A DNA stretch of 64,000 nt, taken from contig JAQWDY010000001.1 in assembly GCA_028705215.1 (NCBI GenBank), forward strand, positions 32,785 to 96,784. The letters are read 5' to 3'. The position numbers and the translations under genes were made by a program. Below are positions 37,358 to 45,642 of this stretch, in pieces; positions within the stretch are counted from its first letter, which is position 1; every line of letters starts with the position of its first letter. Origin of the DNA: Patescibacteria group bacterium (GTDB taxonomy: Bacteria > Patescibacteriota > Patescibacteriia > Patescibacteriales > UBA12465). The notes under the pieces are model-generated. The model had not been told where the DNA came from. It did no database searches and was given only the letters and a program-made list of their open reading frames with translations.

Positions 37358-37431
37358 TGGGCTCGTGCAGATTCGAACTGCAGACCTCTACGATGTCAAC
37401 GTAGCGCTCTAACCAACTGAGCTACGAGCCC
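37358..37431 (-). tRNA. tRNA-Val (anticodon GAC)
   Basis: rc GGGCTCGTAGCTCAGTTGGTTAGAGCGCTACGTTGACATCGTAGAGGTCTGCAGTTCGAATCTGCACGAGCCCA; anticodon stem CTACG/CGTAG with loop TTGACAT. Confidence 0.85.
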
Positions 37432-37443
37432 GAAAAAGATTAG

Positions 37444-37517
37444 TGCGCCTAGATGGACTTGAACCATCGACCCCCGCTTTATAAGAGCGGTGCTCTAACC
37501 ACCTGAGCTATAGGCGC
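37444..37517 (-). tRNA. tRNA-Ile with genomically encoded anticodon TAT (UAU)
   Basis: rc GCGCCTATAGCTCAGGTGGTTAGAGCACCGCTCTTATAAAGCGGGGGTCGATGGTTCAAGTCCATCTAGGCGCA. D- and T-arms typical of tRNA-Ile; anticodon stem CCGCT/AGCGG with loop CTTATAA puts TAT at positions 34-36. Confidence 0.7.
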
Positions 37518-37567
37518 AAAATGTTTTCATAAATCTTTATATCATTACAGAAGTATTTTATCAAGTA

Positions 37568-38671
37568 TTATTTTGCTAATAAGGAGGAAATTATATTGTT
37601 TGGGGCCTGTTTAGTTTGGGCGGTGGCTAATTTTTGGTTGCCACTTGGTTTGTAGGCTTCAAGAAGTTTGAGAACATTTGCATTATTTAAAGAGAAGGCG
37701 ATAAGTTTAGTATTTAAAACTCCTTCGATGGAAATAACGATATATTCTACTTCATTTAGCCCTGACATAAGCTCATCAATTAAATCTTTTAGCGGCTCAG
37801 TTTCAATCTCTAAGCCATCTAAATCTGATTCTTGAAGTGGTATCCAGGCTATTTTATTGTTTTCAATTTTCAATTTCTGTAGTATTTTAGCCCAAATTTT
37901 TAAGTCAGAAATACGTCGATTGCGGTATAGGTTGTTTACTATCTCCTCTCTTCTTCCTCCCAGCTTTATCAATTGAGAGGCGTGGATTAGGGTTTCGGAA
38001 GTTAATTTACCAGTCTTAAAATTTTTAGTTTGCAATATTATCCCTGCCAATAAAGCGGTTGCGATATCTTCGTTAATTAAATCTGCATTCTTTTTTAAAA
38101 TGAGATTATAAATTAACTCCGATAAAGTTGAGTAATTAATAGCAATAAAATTTATTTCTCCGAATTCCTCAGTTGACGCCCTAGAGGACAAATTAATAAT
38201 GGGCGTTTTGTAAAAAAATTCAATATTTTTATCATAGATATCACCTAAAGACTCTAAGTCATTAGCCCCTAAGCAAATTATTAAATCATAAAAGAAATCG
38301 CCAGCACGAGAACTAAGATCAGAAGCTTCAAACCAGCCGTTTTCTGGAGAAAGAATAAAATTTAATTGATTTTTTTCAACCACATACTTAATTTGACTAA
38401 CCTTGGTTTTACTAATATCTAAAGAAACCACAAATTTACGCAGATGGTCTAAATTATTTTTTATTTCATTAAAAGCGGGGAGAAAATTAAGGTGCCCCTG
38501 TTTTTTAGAACAAGAACCAGACACGTTAACATTTTTTCCATTCTTTTTTAAGAATAAGTAAAGCGCTAATGATGCGGACACAGAGTCCGGATTCCAATCA
38601 GAGGGAAAAACGAGCAATATGTTGTTTGCCTTTTCAATTTGTTTGAAAATTTGTTCTTCAATCTTAATCAT
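37568..38671 (-). CDS. DHH-superfamily phosphoesterase-like protein (NrnA-like, motifs degenerate)
   Basis: 367 aa; N-terminal ...ILLVFPSDWNPDSVSASLALYLFLKK... resembles the NrnA DHH domain arrangement, but the canonical DHH and GGGH motifs are not obvious. Confidence 0.45.
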   Translation of the reverse strand: MIKIEEQIFKQIEKANNILLVFPSDWNPDSVSASLALYLFLKKNGKNVNVSGSCSKKQGHLNFLPAFNEIKNNLDHLRKFVVSLDISKTKVSQIKYVVEKNQLNFILSPENGWFEASDLSSRAGDFFYDLIICLGANDLESLGDIYDKNIEFFYKTPIINLSSRASTEEFGEINFIAINYSTLSELIYNLILKKNADLINEDIATALLAGIILQTKNFKTGKLTSETLIHASQLIKLGGRREEIVNNLYRNRRISDLKIWAKILQKLKIENNKIAWIPLQESDLDGLEIETEPLKDLIDELMSGLNEVEYIVISIEGVLNTKLIAFSLNNANVLKLLEAYKPSGNQKLATAQTKQAPNNIISSLLAK

Positions 38672-38790
38672 GAAAACTCGTTTTAGTTAATAAAAATGGA
38701 GTTTAATAAGATAATATATAACTATTTTTTGCTTCCGTCAAGTCTTTAGATATAATTGACTTAAGGCATATTTTTTGGTAGTTTTATATT

Positions 38791-41421
38791 ATGAATAAAG
38801 AATTAGATAAAGTTTATAAGCCTTTAGAGAATGAGGATAAAATTTATAATAAATGGGAAAAATCGGGATTTTTTAATCCTGATAATTTAAATTTACCTGA
38901 AAGTGCAAAAAACTATACAATCATTCTCCCGCCACCCAATATTACCGCTAAATTACATTTAGGGCACGCGGCCATGTTGGCTATAGAAGACCTGCTTGTG
39001 CGCTATAAAAGGTTAAAAGGATTTAGAACTCTTTGGTTGCCAGGGACAGATCATGCGGCGATTGCTACCCAAAATGTAGTTGAGAAAAGAATTTGGCAGG
39101 AGCAAGGAAAAAATAGACATGATTTGGGGCGGGAAAAATTTCTTGAAGAAGTTTGGTCTTTTTTAGGCATAACTCAGGCCACTATACTACAACAAATAAA
39201 AAAAATGGGAGCCTCTTTAGATTGGTCACGCCTAGCTTTTACTCTTGATGAAAAAAGACAAAAAGCCGTTCGGGTGATGTTTAAAAACATGTATGATGAG
39301 GGCGTTATTTATCGCGGTGAAAGGCTAGTTAATTGGTGTCCTCGTTGTCATTCAACTTTAGCAGACGACGAAGTTGAATATAAAGAGGAAAAAGCAAAAC
39401 TTTATTGGTTAAAATATGGCCCCTTTGTTTTAGCGACGACAAGACCGGAGACAAAATTGGGAGACACGGCTGTAGCGGTTCATCCTGGTGACGAAAGATA
39501 TAAACAATATGTTGGCAAAGAATTGGAAATAGAGGGTGTGTTGGGCAAGTTTAAAGTAAAAGTGGTAGCAGATTATGCTGTTGATAAAGATTTTGGTTCA
39601 GGTGCTATCAAAGTTACCCCTGCTCATAGTTTTGTTGATGATGAAATAGCTCGTCGTCACAATTTAGCCAGCAAGAAAATTATCAATGAAGACGGTAAAA
39701 TGATGTCTAATTGTGGCAAATATGCTGGCTTAAGTAGCCGTGAAGCTCGTGCTGCGATTGTTTCTGACATGGAAGAAATGGGGCTAATTGATCATGTTGA
39801 CGAGAATTATGTTCATAACAGCGCACATTGTTATCGTTGTGGCACAGTTATTGAACCCCTGCCTTCAAAGCAATGGTTTATATCGGTTGATAAAAAACTA
39901 GATAGATTGGGAGGAAAATCATTAAAAGAAAAAGCAATGGAAGCGGCGCAAGATAAAATAATTGAATTTATTCCAAGTCGTTTTGAAAAAAGATACTTAG
40001 ATTGGATGAAGAATTTACATGATTGGTGTATTTCCCGTCAAATTTGGTTTGGTCATCAAATCCCTGTTTGGTATAAAGACAATGAAATTTATTGTGGCTT
40101 GGAAAAACCAAAAGATGAGGGATGGAAGCAAGACCCAGACACTCTTGATACTTGGTTTTCTTCTGGAATGTGGACATTTTCCACCCTTGGTTGGCCCGAT
40201 AATTTTGTTAATGGTGAAAAAGTTGGTGATTTAGCCAAGTTTCACCCAACACAATTACTTGAGACTGGTTATGAAATTATTACTCTTTGGGTATCAAGAA
40301 TGATAATGATGTCTTATTTTGCTATCAACGAACCACCCTTTGAACAAGTATACTTACATGGCATGGTTTTAGATAAAAAGGGAAAGAAAATGTCTAAGTC
40401 CAAGGGCAATGGCATTGATCCTTTAGAGATGGCAGAAACATTTGGCGCTGACGCGGTTCGTCTTTCGCTCTTGATGGGCTCTACACCAGGCAACGACACT
40501 CGTTTTAGTGAGGAAAAAATTGAAGCCAAAAGAAATTTTATCAATAAGCTGTGGAACATATCGCGCTTCATTCTTGACTATAGTAAGGATGAATTAGAAA
40601 AGAATATAGAAATTCAAAATTTGGAAATAAAAACAAGTGCTGATAAATGGATTTTATCAAGTTTGTTGGACCTTATTAATAAAACAGAAGAAAATTTAGA
40701 AAATAATAACTTCTCTTTAGCCGCTGAAGAATTGAATGATTTTACCTGGAATAAATTGGCTGATTGGTATTTAGAGGTGGCAAAAATTGAAAAAGGAAAA
40801 GAAAAAATATTAATATTTATATTGAGAAATATATTAAAATTGTGGCACCCTTTTATTCCCTTTGTTACCGAAGTTGTTTGGGGTAGCTTTAATGACAATT
40901 TATTAATGGTGGAAACTTGGCCTGAGGTTAATGAATTGAAAGAATTAGTTAAAAAATTTAATGATAATAATTTTTCAATAATACAAAATATTATTATTGC
41001 GATTCGTAATGCAAGAAGTGAAAATAAGGTAGAGCCAGCTAAAAAATTAGAGGCAGTAATTTTTGGACATGATAATAAAGAGTGTATTGCTAAAAACATA
41101 GATGTTATAAAGAGTTTAAAAACTAGCATTTCATCTTTAACGGTTTATGAAGAAGGCGATAAAATAGAAGGGTCAATTATGGCAACTTCACAGGGGGTGG
41201 AAATATTTCTTATTGGCGCCTTTGATCGAGATCAGGAATTACAAAGATTGCATAAAGAAGAAGAAAATCTAGATAAATTGATAAAAATTCAAGAAAGAAA
41301 GCTAAATAATGATGAATTTGTAAAAAAAGCACCAGAGACAGTTGTGGCACTAGAGCGCGATAAATTAGAAATATATAAAACAGAGCAAGCAAGAATAAAA
41401 AAAGCAATAAATAAACTATGA
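38791..41421 (+). CDS. valS: valine--tRNA ligase
   Basis: 876 aa; HIGH-type motif PPPNITAKLHLGHA, KMSKSKGN motif, editing-domain region, C-terminal coiled-coil. Confidence 0.9.
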   Translation: MNKELDKVYKPLENEDKIYNKWEKSGFFNPDNLNLPESAKNYTIILPPPNITAKLHLGHAAMLAIEDLLVRYKRLKGFRTLWLPGTDHAAIATQNVVEKRIWQEQGKNRHDLGREKFLEEVWSFLGITQATILQQIKKMGASLDWSRLAFTLDEKRQKAVRVMFKNMYDEGVIYRGERLVNWCPRCHSTLADDEVEYKEEKAKLYWLKYGPFVLATTRPETKLGDTAVAVHPGDERYKQYVGKELEIEGVLGKFKVKVVADYAVDKDFGSGAIKVTPAHSFVDDEIARRHNLASKKIINEDGKMMSNCGKYAGLSSREARAAIVSDMEEMGLIDHVDENYVHNSAHCYRCGTVIEPLPSKQWFISVDKKLDRLGGKSLKEKAMEAAQDKIIEFIPSRFEKRYLDWMKNLHDWCISRQIWFGHQIPVWYKDNEIYCGLEKPKDEGWKQDPDTLDTWFSSGMWTFSTLGWPDNFVNGEKVGDLAKFHPTQLLETGYEIITLWVSRMIMMSYFAINEPPFEQVYLHGMVLDKKGKKMSKSKGNGIDPLEMAETFGADAVRLSLLMGSTPGNDTRFSEEKIEAKRNFINKLWNISRFILDYSKDELEKNIEIQNLEIKTSADKWILSSLLDLINKTEENLENNNFSLAAEELNDFTWNKLADWYLEVAKIEKGKEKILIFILRNILKLWHPFIPFVTEVVWGSFNDNLLMVETWPEVNELKELVKKFNDNNFSIIQNIIIAIRNARSENKVEPAKKLEAVIFGHDNKECIAKNIDVIKSLKTSISSLTVYEEGDKIEGSIMATSQGVEIFLIGAFDRDQELQRLHKEEENLDKLIKIQERKLNNDEFVKKAPETVVALERDKLEIYKTEQARIKKAINKL

Positions 41422-41798
41422 CTTTAAAGAATTATTTATTTGTGATGTCAGTGCTAACAGCAATTTGCTGGGCGATTTTCTTTTTTGTAGCCGACATTAT
41501 TAATCCTTTTTCTACAAACTGGTTGGGGTTTTTACTTTTTTATGCCTCACTTTTTATTGCTCTGGTGGGCCTCTGTACTTTAGTTGGTTTTTTGATTAGA
41601 TTTGTAATTTTAAAGAAGGGGTTAGCCTTTAATTTAGTAAAACTATCTTTTCGACAATCATTTTTGTTTGCACTTTTTTTAGTTCTCTCTTTATTTTTAC
41701 AAGCAAACAATTTATTAACTTGGTTAAATTTGATATTTTTAATTATGACATTCTCAGTTTTAGAAATATTTTTATTAAGTAACAAGAAAAAACGTTAA
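41418..41798 (+). CDS. hypothetical 4-TM membrane protein
   Basis: 126 aa, four hydrophobic helices; 4-nt overlap with the valS stop. Confidence 0.4.
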   Translation: MTLKNYLFVMSVLTAICWAIFFFVADIINPFSTNWLGFLLFYASLFIALVGLCTLVGFLIRFVILKKGLAFNLVKLSFRQSFLFALFLVLSLFLQANNLLTWLNLIFLIMTFSVLEIFLLSNKKKR

Positions 41799-41802
41799 TT
41801 AT

Positions 41803-42831
41803 ATGAAAAGTAAGTTGCAAAATTTAAAAGATGAAATATTAGAAAAGATTAATGAAATTAAATCGGAGGCTGATGTAAAAGAAATAGAATTAAGATATTT
41901 TTCTCGTAAGGGAGAAATTAGCGAAATCATGCACAGTTTAAAAGATTTAAGTTTAGAGCTGCGTAAAGAATTTGGAGTATTGGCTAATAAAACAAAAAAA
42001 GAATTAGAAGAAGCTTTTTCTAAGGTAAAAAATAATTTTTCAAATGATGAAAATTGTGAAAACCTAGACATTACTTTACCAGGAGTGGCGATGAAAAGAG
42101 GTCATCTTCATCCAATTACTATTATTCAAAGAGAGGTGGAGGATTTATTTACTGGCTTGGGTTTTTCTATTATCTCTGGGCCAGAATTAGAAAGCGATTA
42201 TTTTAATTTTACCGCCCTTAACATGCCGCCACTTCATCCAGCTCGTGATATGCAGGACACTTTTTATGTTACAAACGGAAAAGATGATAATGAAGAATTG
42301 GACATGGTTATGAGAACTCATACATCGCCGGTGCAAATAAGGGCTATGCAAAAATACGGCGCCCCTTTAAAAGCGATAATTCCGGGAAGATGTTTTCGTA
42401 ATGAAGCGACAGACGCTAGACATGAACACACCTTTTATCAATTTGAAGGATTAATGGTGGGTGAGAATATAAATTTTTCTAACTTAAAAAATTTATTAGA
42501 AATAGTCGGTATAAAATTATTTGGACCAGAGACTAAATTGAGAATGAGGCCAAAGTTTTTTCCTTTTGTTGAGCCGGGAAACAATGGTGAATATACTTGT
42601 TTTTTATGTAACGGCAAGGGTTGTAAAGTTTGCAAACAGACTGGTTGGCTAGAAATAGTCGGAGCAGGTCTAATTCATCCCAATGTTTTAAGAGCTGGCG
42701 GAATTGACCCAGAAAAATATTCAGGATTAGCTTTTGGCTTTGGTCTGACAAGACTGGCGATGTTAAAATACGGAGTTAATGATACGAGATTATTTAATAG
42801 TGGAGATTTGAAATTTCTTCAACAATTTTAA
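41803..42831 (+). CDS. pheS: phenylalanine--tRNA ligase alpha subunit
   Basis: 342 aa; class II motifs ...HPITIIQREVEDLF..., ...MRTHTSPVQIRAM..., ...GFGLTRLAMLKYGV.... Confidence 0.9.
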   Translation: MKSKLQNLKDEILEKINEIKSEADVKEIELRYFSRKGEISEIMHSLKDLSLELRKEFGVLANKTKKELEEAFSKVKNNFSNDENCENLDITLPGVAMKRGHLHPITIIQREVEDLFTGLGFSIISGPELESDYFNFTALNMPPLHPARDMQDTFYVTNGKDDNEELDMVMRTHTSPVQIRAMQKYGAPLKAIIPGRCFRNEATDARHEHTFYQFEGLMVGENINFSNLKNLLEIVGIKLFGPETKLRMRPKFFPFVEPGNNGEYTCFLCNGKGCKVCKQTGWLEIVGAGLIHPNVLRAGGIDPEKYSGLAFGFGLTRLAMLKYGVNDTRLFNSGDLKFLQQF

Positions 42832-42835
42832 TTAT

Positions 42836-45268
42836 ATGTATATTTCTTATAATTGGTTACAAGATTATATTAAGCTTTCACCGAAACATGATTATAATGA
42901 GGTGGCAAATAAATTGACATACCACACAGTTGAGGTTGAAGCAACAAAAAATCAAAAAGATATTTTTTCTAAAGTGGTTGTAGGAAAAGTTTTAGAAGTT
43001 AGCAAACATCCTAATGCTGATAAATTAAGCTTAGTTTCAGTTGATATAAAAGAGAGGATTTTAAAAATTGTTTGCGGCGCTCCTAATGTGGCAAGTGGAC
43101 AAATGGTTCCAGTGGCCTTAGATGGAGCGATTTTGCCAGGTGATTTTGAGATAAAAACTAGCAAAATTAGAGGCGAGTTGTCTGAAGGCATGATTTGCGC
43201 TGAAGATGAACTTGGCTTAGGTTTTGAGCATAGCGGGATTATGGTTTTAAACGAAAAAGCAAAAGTTGGTGAAGATTTTTCAGATTACTTAAAAATGGAT
43301 GATGTTATTTTGGAAATTGATAATAAGTCTTTATCAAATCGTCCTGATCTTTTAAATCATTATGGAATTGCTCGTGAGCTGTCAGTGTTATTAAACGCCA
43401 CCTTAAAACCTTTAGATAAAATTGTTAATGGTAAGAATGAAATAAAATTTAATGAAAAAGATAAATTCAAGGTTGAAGTTTTAGATAAAGAGGCTTGTCC
43501 TCGGTATATGGCTATAAAAATAGATAATATTAAAATAGGGCCATCACCTGATTGGCTAAAGGAGAGATTGGTAGCTATTAATCAGCGCCCAGTAAATAAT
43601 ATTGTTGATATTGCTAATTATGTAATGTTTGAATTAGGTCAACCTTTACACACCTTTGACGCTGCTTATGTTGATAAAATAGAGGTAAGAAAAGCTTTGA
43701 ATAATGAAAAAGTAGAAACAATAGACAAGAAAGAAAGACAATTGTGCTCTGATGATTTAGTAATTACAAATGGTGAAAAAATTATTGCAATAGCTGGTGT
43801 TATGGGAAGCGCTGAGAGTCAAATCAGTGATAAATCAACCGCCTTAGTTCTGGAATCGGCTAATTTTTCTGCAGGAGTTGTTAGAAAAACTGCACAGCGC
43901 TTAAGTTTGCGATCAGAAGCATCTTTGCGTTATGAGAAATCACTAGATCCAAATTTAACAGAAGTGGCCCTTAGGCGATTTGTTGCCTTATTAAATGAGG
44001 TCTGTCCGGACGCAAAGATTATCGGAACAGGGGTAGATATTTATTCCAATAAGCATGTTGAGAAAAAAATAAAACTTAATTATTCCTGGTTGACTGCTAA
44101 AATTGGCCAAGAAATACCTAAAAAAGAAGCATTAAAATCATTAAGGGAATTAGGTTTTATTTGCGAAGAGGGCGATGATGATGAGATTGAGGTTGTGGTT
44201 CCTTCATGGCGCGCCACCAAGGATATAAAAGAAAAAGAAGATGTCGTAGAAGAGGTGTTAAGAATTTATGGCTATGATAATATAAAATCTAGCTTGCCAA
44301 AAGAAGAGCTATCGCTACCAATTGATAATCAAGAAAGACTACTTGAAAGAAAAATAAAAGACATGCTCTATTCCCAATTTCTTTTAACCGAGGTTTACAA
44401 CTACTCTTTTGTGGGAGAAGAACAACTGAAAAAACTTAATATTGATTATTTTAATCATCTTAAAATAGCTAATCCTTTGTCCGAGTTAAATAGTATGTTG
44501 CGCCAGTCATTGGTGCCCGGCTTGTTTTCTAATATAAAAAATAATCAGTCAAAATCTGATGATTTGAGTTTTTTTGAAGTTGGAAATGTATTTTTCAATT
44601 TACCCGGAGAGTATGTTAAAAATGTTTCAGGGGAAAAAAAGTTACCTTATCAAGAAAAAAGGCTGGGCGTTATTTTAGCGGGGAAAAATAAAGAAGTTTT
44701 TTCTCAATTAAAAAATATAACCTCTAATTTATTAACTTGGCTTTTTAATCTTGATAATGATGTTGTTTATTTAAACTTTGATAATCACCCAGGTTGGGCG
44801 GATGAAAAATTAGTGGCACAGGTCTCTGTTGCGGGCAAAAGCATTGGTTGGTTGGGCCTAGGAAGCAGCGATGTTAAAAAAAATCTTAATTTAAAGATGG
44901 AAACAGCGGTATTGGAGATCAATTGTAATAGCCTGTTTTCTTTGTTACTAGAACAAGCTCCTTTTAAAATAAAAGAAGCTGTAAAATATCCACCAGTTAC
45001 ACGTGACCTTAGCTTTGTGCTTCCTGATAAAATATTATATAATGATATTAAAGATGTTCTAATATCTTTCCATCCTTTAATTAAGTCAGTTGAATTATTT
45101 GATACCTATAAGGGCAACAAGCTGCCATCTGATAAAAAAAGTTTAGCATTCCATTTAGTTTATCAATCAGAGGAAAAAACGTTAACTTCAAACGAGGTCG
45201 ATAAAATTCAAAAAGAATTAGTTGAAAAAATTGTTGAAAAATTTGGAGCACAATTAAGAGACTTTTAA
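42836..45268 (+). CDS. pheT: phenylalanine--tRNA ligase beta subunit
   Basis: 810 aa; N-terminal tRNA-binding (OB) domain, B3/B4, B5 and C-terminal ferredoxin-fold anticodon-binding domain; directly follows pheS. Confidence 0.9.
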   Translation: MYISYNWLQDYIKLSPKHDYNEVANKLTYHTVEVEATKNQKDIFSKVVVGKVLEVSKHPNADKLSLVSVDIKERILKIVCGAPNVASGQMVPVALDGAILPGDFEIKTSKIRGELSEGMICAEDELGLGFEHSGIMVLNEKAKVGEDFSDYLKMDDVILEIDNKSLSNRPDLLNHYGIARELSVLLNATLKPLDKIVNGKNEIKFNEKDKFKVEVLDKEACPRYMAIKIDNIKIGPSPDWLKERLVAINQRPVNNIVDIANYVMFELGQPLHTFDAAYVDKIEVRKALNNEKVETIDKKERQLCSDDLVITNGEKIIAIAGVMGSAESQISDKSTALVLESANFSAGVVRKTAQRLSLRSEASLRYEKSLDPNLTEVALRRFVALLNEVCPDAKIIGTGVDIYSNKHVEKKIKLNYSWLTAKIGQEIPKKEALKSLRELGFICEEGDDDEIEVVVPSWRATKDIKEKEDVVEEVLRIYGYDNIKSSLPKEELSLPIDNQERLLERKIKDMLYSQFLLTEVYNYSFVGEEQLKKLNIDYFNHLKIANPLSELNSMLRQSLVPGLFSNIKNNQSKSDDLSFFEVGNVFFNLPGEYVKNVSGEKKLPYQEKRLGVILAGKNKEVFSQLKNITSNLLTWLFNLDNDVVYLNFDNHPGWADEKLVAQVSVAGKSIGWLGLGSSDVKKNLNLKMETAVLEINCNSLFSLLLEQAPFKIKEAVKYPPVTRDLSFVLPDKILYNDIKDVLISFHPLIKSVELFDTYKGNKLPSDKKSLAFHLVYQSEEKTLTSNEVDKIQKELVEKIVEKFGAQLRDF

Positions 45269-45284
45269 TTTAATTTAAAAATAT

Positions 45285-45596
45285 ATGTTTTCAACATCTG
45301 GCGACATTTTAAATTTAGTGTTGGCGGTTTGCATAACCGTGTTAACCGTTTTCTTAGTAATGGCTTTATATTATGTTGTGTCAGGTGTGCGTAAGGCATT
45401 TCGGTTAATTGATAGAATTGAATCAGGAGTGAGTAAGGCAGAGGAACTACTCACACTTGTAAGAGATAAGGTAAAAAGTGGCTCAGCTTATGTGATGTTA
45501 TTTACCGAAGCCGCCAAGCAAGTAATAAAAATTGCGAAAGATAACGAATGGCTCTATAGAACAAAAAAGAAAGAGAAGAAGCAAAAGAAAAGCTAA
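45285..45596 (+). CDS. small membrane protein, DUF948-like (TM plus coiled coil, basic tail)
   Basis: 103 aa; single N-terminal TM helix then helical region. Family guess from architecture only. Confidence 0.35.
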   Translation: MFSTSGDILNLVLAVCITVLTVFLVMALYYVVSGVRKAFRLIDRIESGVSKAEELLTLVRDKVKSGSAYVMLFTEAAKQVIKIAKDNEWLYRTKKKEKKQKKS

Positions 45597-45610
45597 AATA
45601 GACAAAGTAT

Positions 45611-45642
45611 AAAAAAATAGCGGATAAAACCGCTATTTTTTT
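45611..45642. terminator. bidirectional rho-independent terminator
   Basis: aaaaaaaTAGCGGataaaaCCGCTAttttttt between the convergent DUF948-like gene and topA; overlaps the topA stop. Confidence 0.6.

Noticed and set aside
40614-41129. 171-aa minus-strand ORF and several 60-90-aa ORFs inside valS, and similar antisense ORFs inside nusA (7684..8070), dnaA (32447..32641), rnpA/yidD (33628..34062), secG (55962..56237), topA, pheS, pheT and others
   Set aside because: Each is antisense to or nested in a high-confidence conserved gene, with low-complexity or hydrophobic composition typical of AT-rich shadow frames.
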